Part shown: in pieces, positions 31,061 through 44,281 of the stretch
Layout: each line of letters opens with the position of its first letter
Position numbering within the stretch: the stretch's first letter is position 1
Assembly (NCBI RefSeq): GCF_009914755.1
Contig: NC_060937.1
From: the human T2T-CHM13v2.0 reference genome, Homo sapiens
Length of the DNA stretch: 64,000 nucleotides
Reading direction: 5' to 3' (one strand)
The notes under the pieces: model-generated
Database searches by the model: none
What the model was told of the DNA's origin: nothing
Seen by the model: only the letters and a program-made list of their open reading frames with translations
Position numbers and translations under genes: made by a program

Positions 31061-31735
31061 CTACTGCTAGACTGCAGGTTTAGGAACGGACCACACTGGT
31101 AGAGAAACACCTGGATCAGTCCTCAGGAAAAAGATTTAAATTTCATCCTGAGATCAATGGGAAGCCATTGGAAGATTTTATGCAGGTGGGAAAATGATCC
31201 AGTTTAATGCAATGAAATCACTTGTAGGAATAGTCCAGAATTTGGTCCAATAAAATATATCTTTTATTATGCATAAGTATATTATTAAAAGATGAAGCTG
31301 TCAAATATTTGTGATTCAAATTATGTACCCATTGAACAATTACAATTCCATGGTTTCCTTTAGTTCTTTTTTTTAATTATTCCACTAGCAGGGAATCCTA
31401 ATATTATATTTTTATATACTAGCATAGTAAATGGATCACCAATAAAGACTTGCTGAATTAAATGTAATTGAAGCTTTCTTCTTATCCAAATATTAATTCA
31501 TCTAGAAAAACATCAAAGAAATTTTTCACTTAAATTTACTAAACTATTTTGTAAGAATCCATTTATAATGCAGATAATAACATTTTTTCACACTTTTGAA
31601 TTATGAGTTTTAAGATGACAGGTCTTTTTAATTGTTTAGGAATGGTTGTTAAAAAAAGAAAAGAAAAAGAAAGAAAAGTTACTTTTATCACCTATGTGAA
31701 ATAAAAGAACTAGAAACTTTATTTGTAGAAAATCT

Positions 31736-32347
<612 letters not shown>

Positions 32348-33229
32348 AAGAAATAATTTTTTTAAAAAATCCATCACGTATTAATAGATATGAAGCAGAG
32401 ATGCTTATTAGAACTGATAGAGATTGTCATGCCTGAAGTTTATAAACTCAAGCCTGTGTGATAGGTCTCCAATAAACCAGACATTTCTTCCTCTCTTTCT
32501 GTTTTATCCATCAGACTCTTTCGGCCACATTTTTCTGTTTGTACCCGCTCCTGCAGCCTTTTGTCCTATCTAAGTGTTTAATCAGGCTTGTCTTCCATCA
32601 CCTTATTTTTCCTGATTACTTTCTGAATCTTGCTCCATAGCTCTCTACCGTACTTCCTTGATTCAGAAACATACCTATTTCAAATGTTAACATTTCTGAC
32701 ATCAAAATGACTCTTACAGTAGATATGTCTATTTACTCCAGTGATTATCTTATTTTTTAAAAAGCTGTTATTAAGTAATGGCACCAGTTGAAATTGATGA
32801 TGACTTCAAATAGAACAGGATACACAGCAGTATGGGTGCTGTGGCAGTCTGCAGGGTGCAATCTGCAGTGTTGAGACTGTGGTTAAGGGTGTGTAAGCAG
32901 TGGCTCCCCTAAGGTTTGAACCCACTTTCATCCCCCTGCTCCCCCAAGTCACTCCACCCTCACCCATCTCTGACAGATCTCACTCTGCCTCTGTAGCTCA
33001 ACAGGTCTGCAACAGGAGGCAGGGTAAGAGGAGACTCTGCCCTTTGATGGGAGGAAATTGCAAGTGTGCCCAATCACAGTGACCTGATCAGCATTTAAAT
33101 TTTCATTCTGAAAACAAGAATGGGTTAAACAAAGTGGTTAAGGGAATGTCTTCCCTGCTTCCTCTTTCTCCTGGGACAATGTGAAGATCAATGAGATAAT
33201 CTCAATACAAATAGTTTGTAATCCTAAAA

Positions 33230-33461
33230 CAGTGCTTCTCAAACTTTAGGGTGCAGGCTAAACTCTTGGAGATCTTATTAAAATGCAGATTCTGATTCAG
33301 TAAGTGCTATGGATTGACTGTTTGTGTCCCCCGAAAATTCATAGTTGAAATCCTCACCCCTTGTGCAATCATCTTTGGAGGTGGGGACTTTGGGAGATAA
33401 TTAGGTCTTGAGGGTGCAGCCCTCATTAATGGGATTACTACCCTTGTAAGAGGAGACATGA

Positions 33462-33508
<47 letters not shown>

Positions 33509-33787
33509 GTGTGAGGACACAACAAGAAGGCAGCCATCAGCAAACTAGGAAGAGAGCCCTAATCAGACACAGGATATGCCAGCACCTTGGTCTTGGACAC
33601 CATGGTCCCAAGAATTGTGAGAAATAAATGTGCATTGTTTAAACTGCCCAGTCTGTGGGATTTTTGTCATAGAAGCCCAAGCTAAGACGGTAAGTCTAGG
33701 GTAGAACCTGAGTGAGATTCAGCATTTCTAACAAGCTTTTAGGTGATGCAGTTATTGTTGATCCAGGGACCACTTGGAGTAGCAAGG
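33230..33787. mobile_element. MER5A (hAT-Charlie) split by an MLT1A LTR
   Basis: cagtgcttctcaaacttt...aaaatgcagattctgattcagtaag|...|tctagggtag...gcatttctaacaagc...ggaccacttggagtagc. Confidence 0.8.
33305..33689 (+). mobile_element. MLT1A-type solo LTR containing (TC)n at about 33465-33505
   Basis: tgctatggattgactgtttgtgtcccc...; perfect TSD GTAAG at 33300-33304 and 33690-33694. Confidence 0.88.
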
Positions 33788-33795
33788 CTTGAAGG

Positions 33796-33920
33796 CAGGA
33801 TTGCCAGATCTAGCACATAAAGATAATAGACAACAAATGGAACACACTTATACTAAAAAAAGGATTCGTTGTTCACCTGAAATTCACATTTAATTGGCAA
33901 CCATGTGTTTTATCTGGTGT
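33796..33920. mobile_element. MER53-like hAT MITE
   Basis: ggattgccagatctagca...acacacttatactaaaaaa...ctgaaattcacatttaa...ttttatctgg. Confidence 0.6.
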
Positions 33921-34331
33921 TTTAAATGTCCCTATTAACATGTAAGATATTACCTTTTTCAGTCCACACACAAGCCTCAGGGAGCATGTTGCAATTTTGG
34001 GGGTTTCTTCACTGATACCCTTGATGTTTCCTTTAATGGGGCTTTTCTTATATTAAAAATAACAACAGCAATATGAGCTAGGAGTTCACGTCGTTCAATT
34101 ATAACATCACCCACTAATGATAGACAGGTTATGGACAAGGTTGAAGTCTTCTCAACAATGAATTGCATAGGCTTCACATGTGCATCAGGAGAGAATTTTA
34201 AGTTAGAAATACAGCACAGCCTTCGCAATGCAGAATATCATCCACACAAACCTCTGGTCTTTAATAGTGCCATTTTGATACATGGCAAGGATGAATACTT
34301 TGTATCCTTGGTCAGCATTTTATTCAATTAG

Positions 34332-34680
34332 TGTCTTAGCTCAAAAAATACCACAGATATAATAGACTAAACAACAGAAATTTATTTCTCATAGTTCTAG
34401 AGGCTGGGAAGTCCAAGATCAGGGTGCCGGCAGATTGGGTTCTCTTCCTGGCTTATAGACAATGGCCTCCTTACTGTAGCCTTAGAGAGACAGAGAGTCC
34501 TGGTTCCTTTCTCTTATAAGGGAGCTAGTATGAGAAATCATCTACCCTCATGATCTCATTCAACCGTAAGAGGGTACCTAAGAGGTACCAAAGGCCCTAT
34601 CTCCAGGTACCATCACACTGGGGATTAGGGCTTCAACATGTGGATTTTGGTGGCACACAGACATTGTGTTCAGAATCACA
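34332..34680 (-). mobile_element. MLT1A-like solo LTR
   Basis: tgtcttagctc...aacaacagaaatttatttctcatagttctagaggctgggaagtccaagatc...ggattagggcttcaacat. Confidence 0.8.
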
Positions 34681-36093
34681 TCCTACTTATCAGAAGAGCT
34701 AATACAGGATTTTTCTTAGAGTTCATGGCAATGTCTGTCACTTGAGAAAGACAGCCTAGTCGTCTTCAGTGACCAGCAGGAGCAAGTGTAATTTCTACTC
34801 CTTCTATTTTTCACTTACCTAAGCAACTTCTCAGGGGTAAATGTGAGAAGACACAGCAACATTCTGACTCCACTCAGACAAATAGGAACTGAAAGGAAGC
34901 TAGTAAGTTACAGAGGAAAATCGATAATAATCTAGAAGGCCAAAGGGAAAAAAATTAAAGACTCATGGTGCAGGTTACAAATCTAGGCCTCCCAAAGTTC
35001 CTGGGGTGAACTGAGAGACCCTAGGAGGACATTTGCAGTCATCAGTCATCCCTGAGAAGGGCGTTCTGGGCAGTCGGTGGCCATAATGAGCTGTCTGTAC
35101 AGAAGCTAGAAAAGAATGATTAGATAGGAGGCAGGAAAGCATAGGCTTGGAGGGAAATAAAGCTTTTATATGGTTAGCATATACAGGTTAGAACTTTGTC
35201 AGGCAGCAGCAAAAGAAAAAATAAAGCCCTAATGGTGTTCAAATAGGCCCTTACCTTTTTGCTCATAAAGAGGCAGATTCTTGCTTTTTTAGAACATAGC
35301 CATGTTAAACTGCATCACCTCTAACTTCTTGTAGCATTGTTTTCTCTTCACGCAGACCCTTTTTCCAAACTCAGAGGGATTAAAAAGAAAAGGAGAGTAT
35401 GACAGACAATGAGACAGGGCAGGAAAAATGAAAGCCAGTCTGAGAGCCAAGTCCCACTGGCACACGTGTTATCTGATAGGACATAAATTATTTCAGAGCC
35501 TTCAGAGGTCTTGAGTCAGTCATTTCCAGACTCCTCCCTCTCCCCCATAAAACTGACAAAACAGCTTTCTGACGTTGCTCCTTGTAAGGCAGTGTTGAGC
35601 TTTCACTGTGTCCTTTCTTTAAAATGCTTTCTGGGAGGAGGCTATCAAGGAGCTGGCTGAGGGACAAAATTAATCGGACCCGTTGGAAACATGGCTTTTG
35701 CAGGGAGCCCCTGCTGTTTTTCAAGGCACCTGATCCTGACAGAAATATTGTGTCCCCAAGGAAATCCTTCCCAAGGCCAAGAGGTAAACACAGTAAATTG
35801 TAAGAAATAGGAAAAGTAGAAAAATCTAGAAAATAGATCAGTCACTCTCATCACAGAGTGTGGGTTGACTAACCAACGAAAACAGCAAGTCATGACTGGC
35901 TAAGTCTAAACAGATGGAAGGAGATGGAATGATGCACGATGATGGCAAATCTGTCAAAGATAGTGACTTGGCGGTCTTGAGGACAATATTGTTTTAACCT
36001 AATTGTGGGGTGTGCCCCAAAGCACTCTAACTGCATTTTAAAGAACTGTAAAATATCCAATATATACCAAGTCAAACACCTTGGAAAGGTGGG

Positions 36094-36468
36094 TGTATTC
36101 ATCCGTTCTCACACTGCTATAAAGAAATAACTGAGAGTGGGTAATTTATAAAGAAAAGAGGTTTAATTGTCTCACAGTTCCACAGGCTGTATAGGAAGCA
36201 TGGCTGGGGAGGCCTCAGGAAACTTACAACCATGGTGGAAGGCGAAGGGAAAGCAGACATGTGTTACATGGCTGGAGCAGGAGGAAGAGAGGGAAGGGGG
36301 TGGTGCCACACACTTTTAAACAACCAGCTCTCGAGAGAAATCTATCATGAGAACAACACCAAAGGGGAAACCCACCCCCATGATCCAATCACCTCCCACC
36401 ATCACCCATCTCCAACATTGGAGATTAAAATTTGACATGAGATTTGAACACAAATCCAAACCATATCA
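36094..36468 (-). mobile_element. MSTA/THE1-type solo LTR
   Basis: TG...CA termini; perfect TSD GTGGG at 36089-36093 and 36469-36473. Confidence 0.88.
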
Positions 36469-37367
36469 GTGGGAATTCTGTCTTAGGAAAGAACTGGCTA
36501 CTGTCAAGCCAGGTGTTCTAAAATGCCCACTTCCCTTCTTCAGACACACTTGAAGAGAGAGGACCCCATAAAGTCTTCCTGACTGTCCTGGCAGGGAGGA
36601 AGCTGTGTGAACCTCTTGCAAATGGAAAAAAAAAAAAATGTTAGGCAGAGCTGGCTGCAAATAGGAAGAAGGGAGCATGTTTCTTGTTCACAACATGGCA
36701 TTCCTGAAAACTGGCTCGTGAGTCTTTTTTTCCTTTCTGGTCTGTAGTTTGCTAACTGCAGGTCTACTAAGAAATAATGGGTTTGGGGAGTTCCTGCCAA
36801 TGAATTAAGAGGCCAAGTCAAAGAATTTTGCTCCTGCTTACTGCTGCAATCAATGAGCTATGTGTTCTCCAAAAGCATCCCCAAACCATTTCCTGCCTCA
36901 CATTCTCCAACTGGAAAAGAGCCACAGCAAATTCTTTTTCTGAACATGAATTCAGGCTTTAAAATTTCAGATTCTGCTACCGTCATCCACTCACAAGAAA
37001 TTAGTTTGGCAATTTGGGGAGCCATGTTAACAACTTAATTTTCATAAGACTACATTAAAATTGCATAATTATATAAAGTAGCTAAATGACTTGTCCATGG
37101 TCACACTGCTGGGTCCCAGAGAGATCACAGGTGACCCCGTCATACATAGCCCTTATGCGCTTAACCGTATTTTGATGTCAGATCTCATGAAGTCCCCTAG
37201 TGCCTCAGACAACCCTAGCTTAATGATCTTCAAGAATTTATAATTACACTTAAAGCAGAAGGTCACAGTTTATGTTGAATAATCCAACTTTCCATCCAAG
37301 AAAAATGGAAAGGGAAAAAAGTAATTCTTATCAAGAACTTTAGTAAAGTTATAACTAAAACTTGAAT

Positions 37368-38668
37368 TTTTAACATTGTGGTGAAATATACCAAACATAA
37401 AAACATGTACCATTGTACCATGAATAGTTTTGTGGCATTAAGTGCAGTTATGTGGTTGTGCAACCATCATCACCATCCATCCACAGAACTTTTTTATCTT
37501 CCTAAACTGAAACTCTGTACCCATTAAACATAAATTCCCTCCCCTCTACCCCCAGGCCCTGCTGACCACCATTCTATTTTCTGTCTCTTTGAATTTGCCT
37601 ATTTTAGGTACCTCATATAAGTGGAATCATAAAATATTTGTCCTTTTGTGACTGTCTTATTTCACTTACTATAATGTCCTCAAGGTTCATCTATGTGGTA
37701 TCACATGTCAATTTTCTTCCTTTCTAAGGCTGAATTATATTTCCACTCTATGTGTATACCACATTTTATTTCTCCATTCATCCATAAATGGACACCTTTC
37801 ACCTTTTGGTTATTATGAATGGTACTGTGAGCAGAGGTATATAAATATCTGCTCAAGTCCTTGCCTTTCATTCTTTGGGATATCCCAAAGATATCTGTAT
37901 ACTTCTCTTCACAGTACCATTATTCATGTATATAATAATGAGATTTGAAAGCCAATAGGTCTTAGAAATAAGGCACTAGCAAGGAAGGTTAGCCTGGTGG
38001 TGCTTAGTAGGGGTGTCATGAATCCAAGTAGCAGCTGTAATAATAATATATGTATTATTCATATATATAATAATAATGGTACTATGAACATTGGTTCTTG
38101 GTACTTTGGGTGTGTATATATGCAATTGCTGGATCATATGGTAATTCTATTTTTAATTTTTTTTTTTTTTTTGGAGACGGAGTTTAGCTCTTGTGGCCCA
38201 GGCTAGAGTGCAATGGCCGCGATCTCAGCTCACCACAACCTCCGCATCCCAGGTTCAAGTGATTCTCCTGTCTCAGCCTCCCAAGTAGCTGGAATTACAG
38301 GCATGCGCCACCACGCGTGGCTAATTTTGTATTTTTAGTAGAGATGGGGTTTCTCCATGTTGGTCAGGCTGGTCTCGAACTCTCGACCTCAGGTGATCCA
38401 CCCTCTTGGTCAGGCTGGTCTCGAACTCTCGACCTCAGGTGATCCACCCTCCTCGGCCTCCCAAAGTGCTGGGATTATAGGTGTGAGCCACTGCACCCGG
38501 CCCTGTTTTTAATTTTTTGAGGAATTGCCATGCAGTTTTCTGCAGCAACTACACCATGTCACATTCCCAAGAGCAGTGCACAGGGTTCCAATCTCTCCAC
38601 ACTTTTACCAACACTTGTTATTTTTTGTTTGTTTATTTTAAATTATAGCCATCCTAATATGTGGGAAG
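37368..38668 (-). mobile_element. L1MB-like 3' fragment, internally rearranged and interrupted by an Alu
   Basis: gttgtgcaaccatcatcaccatccat...aaactgaaactctgtacccattaaac...ggtacctcatataagtggaatcat...ttgctggatcatatggtaattctat. Confidence 0.8.
38157..38502 (-). mobile_element. AluSp with an internal 46-bp tandem duplication
   Basis: ttctccatgttggtcaggctggtctcgaac diagnostics; flanks ct[a/g]tttttaatttttt form the TSD. Confidence 0.9.
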
Positions 38669-38724
38669 TTTAAAACTTAGATTTTTAAGAAATCTTCTAG
38701 AAGAGGTTGCTGATAGCATAGGCT

Positions 38725-39030
38725 TGTAGTCCCTTATTTGAGACCCTTGAAACCACATGTGTTTCAGAATCCATAACTTCTTAGATTTCAGAAAATGACC
38801 ACAGTGAATATGCTATATATTACATCGTACCTCCAGTGGGGTCTGGGGTTGCAATCCACAATCAAACATATTAGTATTTCTGCAGCAAAATGTATTAAAA
38901 TTCACACTGAGTGAGATAAATGAGGACTATAATTAACCTTGTTTCAGACGAGATGAAGTTTTGCTAACAAGCAGATTGAAGGAAAAAATGGGGGGTCTTG
39001 AATTTTGGCACTGCACATAGGGATTTACAT
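38725..39030. mobile_element. Tigger/MER46-like DNA transposon remnant
   Basis: cccttatttgagaccctt...gtgtttcagaat...ggggtctgggg...aatcaaacatattagtatttctgcagc. Confidence 0.45.
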
Positions 39031-41393
39031 CTACTTAGATGAGTAAAACTCTTAAGCCTGCTTAACATGAATGAATAGGTAGCTTAGAATTTGAAGAGAT
39101 GTGTATTGAGTGGAGCTCATTTGTGGCAACAAACAGTACTGAAATTGCTTTCGCTTTACCCTTCTCATTGTGCCTTGAGGCAGTAGCAGTCAGGGGAAGA
39201 ATCATGCACCTGAGAAGAAGCCCAGACCGGCACCCAAGCTCCCCATTTCTCCCCATTCCTCCCTTAGCTCCTACTTGGATTCATGACACCCCCACCAAGC
39301 ACCACCAGGCTAACCTTCCTTGCTAGTGCCTCACTTCTCAGACCTACTGGCTTTCAAATTTCAGTAAATCTTGAGAGTCATGTGACCTACTCCCCCAATA
39401 TGCCGTGCCTTACATCAAAACAGCTACCAGCATTAACGTGATGATGAGAAATACTAAGCACATTCACATATCAACAGGGTCTTTCTGGAAGCATTGGTTT
39501 AACTGTCAGGAGTGATGTTGAATGTTGAGAATAGCGGGGGCTGTGGTTGGCTGCTGGGAAACTTCTGTGGGGATGGTCCTGTTTAATATCTCTCAGATGA
39601 CAAGAACTGTCAATTCTACCCACAGGGCTGGATGTATCAGCCCTCTCACCCCCAAATTTCCATAGGACTCTTCTACCCTAATCGGTTCTAATGTTTGGAT
39701 GTAGTCAAGGACACTCACATTTATAATATGCAGTTAGATGCAAAGAAAAATAATTCTGTAAAACTGCCAAAGATTTAGTTCCTAGCCATGCTCTTCCAGA
39801 ACAGAAGGCAACCAAAATGAGGAAGCTGTGCTTGGCTGTTCATGAATGCCACCCACTTGCCCAGGGCAAGCCGCATTGGCAAACCATGACATCCCTGCTC
39901 AACTCTCCAGGTTGTCCTCACTTCTGGCTTCTCCCAAGGCTGGATCCACCAGGTAAACTTGCATCCAGCCTTGGAACATGGGCTCTCTGTGCCAAAATTC
40001 TCCTTCTATGTCTCCCAGGGATATGATGGTGCAAAAACAGGACGCTGTCATGTCAAAAAACTGTGCAAAACCCAATAAAAGGAATAACATTGTGGGCTCA
40101 AAGACATATCTATTCTTGCAGGACAGGAGTGTTATGTAAAGAAACCAAATGTGAGAGGGAAGAAATAAATGGGCTCATGAGGTCCTCATGCTGAGTGGGG
40201 CTTTCACAGACCCTTTCCGGGGGTCGCACAATGGACATCTATAGATTTAGATTCAGGACTTACCTCTGGAGTGACAAAATGACCATTTTTATTTTCAGCT
40301 ATTTTAGGTTTAAGTTTTCACAATGTCTCCAAAGTCATCTTTTGAATACACCAAAAGGAGAAAAGGCTCTTGAGGACACGGATGCGCTGTTACTTGTTTT
40401 TATTGTAAGCAGCTGAGCATCAGTAGGCACAGTTAGAGGCTGGGTTTACTTGGCAGTCTCTTATTGTTCCTGGATGTTCAGACTCCCAGGGGTAGCATTC
40501 CCATGTAAGCTATTGCAGTGAGCTTCTGATAAATGACTCTCAGCTAACCATGCAGTGCACACAGCATCTGAAAGAAACAAAGCTCGCCTCTGACTCAGCA
40601 TAGGTACAACTGCAGGAGTCATTTCCCAAAATGTAGAGGAGCAATGCCAGAATCGACCATCACCTCTCAGCTCTGGTGTCAGCAAAAGATGGGCTGCACC
40701 TGCTATTGTTTATTCCAATAGGCTGTAATAATTAGGTAGAGCTCACGGAGCCTGGCTCATATAATTGCCTGTCAGTAATAGTCAATCCAATGGCATATTT
40801 TAGAAGTTACATCAGGAAAACAGTCTCAGGATCAAACAGGAATTTATTTGCATATGAGATATATTAAAAGGCAGGACAGAAGTTATGCTTTATGGCAAAA
40901 GAAAGAGATATGAGTCCACGGCTTTTAAAATTTTCTATGAGGCCATTTTTTAGAGCAGTAAATACTTAAAGCTTCATGGAAAAGAATTTACAATGCACTC
41001 TGTGTGTTTTATTATTCATTATTTAGTGAGCATTGTGAAGTCGATTTTGTTCAAGATATGGATGAAGACATGGAGCTTATTCATGGGACCTCTGATTTAA
41101 AATGAGTAAACCAATTCATACACAAACACATCAAGCATAGATTCAATACCTGAAAAATAGCTTAAATACCAAAGTTTCTCTGTGTAGTTCTTCTTTTGGA
41201 GGTTGATGGATAGAGCTTTTGGTTTCCAGAACTTGGAAAATCACTTGCAGGAAGGGAAGAATTTCAAGCATATGGATATTATGCAAGAATATGTAGATAG
41301 GAATAATAAAATAGAGGAAAAGATGTTTTTTGAGCTTTCAAGCAACAACAGTAGAGCAAGTAAAAGAATAACAGTAATGGCAATTAGGTAGGG

Positions 41394-41872
41394 CTGTCCC
41401 AGGCCTGTAGAGGGCCAGAGCTGGATGTCCTGATTCCCTGTCAGACCCAATCTTCATCAATCCACTGTGGCCCTGGCCCTCCAGGACCCTCTACAAGCTA
41501 TATCATCTGGGCTCCCTTGCCCACCAGCTTCCAGTTGGATCAGCCAATGGGAGGCAGCAGCTGGAGGTCAAGAGGCGGGACTAAAGGGGTCAGGGCATCC
41601 TGCCCCGGTCCCCTCCCTGATAGGTCTTGGTTTGGCAGTTACTGTGTCTTTGGGTGCCTCTCTGTGGTATCAGTTCTTGTTCATTCCACTAACAACTTCT
41701 TCCCTTTATCCCCTGGGGCCCCCTCTCCTGTGGCCAGCCCCAGGGCGCTTCACCTCTCTGGGCTGGTTTCCTTTAACTTGTCCACACGTTTATAAATAGC
41801 GTCTTCTTTAAACTCTCTTTATTACCCCTTTGAGTGTGCTGTCTGTTTCTTACCAGGACACAGACAAATATA
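41394..41872 (+). mobile_element. LTR33-like ERVL solo LTR
   Basis: tgggctcccttgccc...cttccagttggatcagccaatgggagg...tttgagtgtgctgtctgtttcttaccagga. Confidence 0.65.
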
Positions 41873-42419
41873 GCACCTTGGTAGGAATTAGAAAAACGCA
41901 CCCAGATGGGTGCATGGGGGTTCATTATGTTATTGTCTTTACTTTAACATGTATTGAAGTTTTCTAAAATAAAAAGAGTACCAAAAAGAAAAGAATAAAG
42001 GCACGTCTTTTGGTGGATGGTGCCCTGCAGGGGTGTAGCTTGGTGACCACAGAAGTGAGGCTGGATTTCAGCACCAACTCACTCCTGCAGCTTCAAGGGC
42101 TGAGTTTGTGCAGTGCACGAAATGCCCAACCAAACCTGGCCCCCTTACAAAAGGGTGGGCAGATCCCTGAAAGCTGGGAAATATCTTGAGGAGAAAGTGA
42201 GGATAGGCCTGGGTCTTTAAGGGTATTTGGGACTTAAATGGGAAATTGCACTATGCAAGGAAAACCTGTAGGACAGGAAGGCATGGGATGGCTACAGTGA
42301 GTTGACTCTATAAGACAAGGAGGGTCCCTGGAGAGAGTATGAGAAATTAGAAGTGGGTGGAGACCCTTTGATTGCTGAGCTATAACATGTGAATTCTAGT
42401 TGATGATCCTCCAGGCAGT

Positions 42420-42660
42420 CTGGGGCAGTGTTTTTGCACTGGGGCTCCAGAGCTAGACTGGGAGTAAGTCATGGTTTTGCCAGCTATTAGCTCTGTGACT
42501 TTGCACATTTGCTTATTCTCACTAAGCCTCAGTTTTCTGTTTCATAAAACAAGGATAAAATACTCCCCATCTCCTAGATTTGCTGTTGGGCTGAATTTAA
42601 AGATGTGCGTCAAATGTTTTACTGCAGTGCCTGGTAGTTATTGGACATTAGCTACTATCC
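42420..42660 (+). mobile_element. MIR SINE
   Basis: attagctctgtgactttgcac...agcctcagttttctgtttcataaaac...cagtgcctgg. Confidence 0.7.
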
Positions 42661-43398
42661 TCAAAAGTTTTTAAAGAGAAGGGTGATATGATGAAAGCAA
42701 TATTTTTTGAAAACTAATCATACAGCATGTGCAGGATGCTCTAGAGAGGAAAGAAGGGCATTGGGGAGGTCACTTTGAGGCTACAGGGGGGTGTCTCTCC
42801 AGTGAGAGAAATGGGAAATGGGAAAATAGAAGCAAGCATAAGAAGCTCTGTGAGAAGAGGAAGAGGACTGGAAGATGGACAGATTGTGAGAGTAAGGAGT
42901 CAGAGAGGGCCCCAAGCACATTTCCAAGATCTTTAGCCTCCACTTATATAAATACCCCTAGGCAGCTTAGGCAGCTCACATTGAAGGACTGACAATTTTG
43001 ACATTTTGGTACAAGGGAAAGAAATGTGAAACTCAGAATCATTTGATTTTACCCTTCTGTTTTACTGAACATTGGTAAATCTACCTAATCGAACCCAAGA
43101 TTCTATTACAAAATAAAAACCCTAATAGACACCTCAATCATTCCAGTAACCACTGCTTACTTCTGAAATGTCCCCAAAGCAGGTTTTTCATATCCAGAAT
43201 TTCTTCTGATTAAGATCTGAGGTAGGGCCTCTGCAGTTGAGAATGGGCATCCTCACAGAGAACTCTCTTGAATCATATGTAATTTATAAGCCCAGTTCTT
43301 ACTACCAAAATTAGCAGAACTGAGGAAGGCATTGAATCCTTGACCTAAGCTAACATTTGGGATGGAGGGAGGAAAGAGTCATTAATGTTAAGTAGTGG

Positions 43399-43756
43399 TG
43401 ATGTGGTTTGGCTGTGTCCCCTCCCAAATCCCATCTTGACTTGTAGTTCCATAATCCCCAAGTGTCATGAGAGGGAACTGGTGGGAGGTAATTGAATCAT
43501 GGGGGCTGTTACCCCATGCTGCTGTTCTCATGATAGTGAGTTCTCACAACATCTGATGGTTTTATAAGGGGCATTTCCCCCTTTTACTTGGCACTTCTCT
43601 TGCCTGCCACCATGTGAGATGTGCCTTTGCTCCTCTTCCACCATGATTGTGAGGTCTCTCCAGCTATGTGGAACTGTGAATCTATTAAACCTCTTTTTCT
43701 TTCTAAATTACCCAGTCTCAGGTATGTATGTTTCAGTGTGAGAACAGACTAATACA
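43399..43756 (+). mobile_element. THE1 (MaLR) solo LTR, sense to GPC6, 300 nt upstream of exon 8
   Basis: tgatgtggtttggctgtgtccc...gactaataca; perfect TSD AGTGG at 43394-43398 and 43757-43761. Confidence 0.92.
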
Positions 43757-43930
43757 AGTGGTTTCTTATAGGTCCCCAATTTCGCATTTATCTGTAGGCA
43801 GACCTACCTAAGAACTCAGTGCCATTTAAAAAAAAAAAAAAAACTAGTCTGAGGCTATTTTAGCCACATCTTCATCTGAAAAAATGTATTCCATGTTTTC
43901 ACTATTTGGCATTTTTTTTCCAGGAACTAG

Positions 43931-44281
<351 letters not shown>

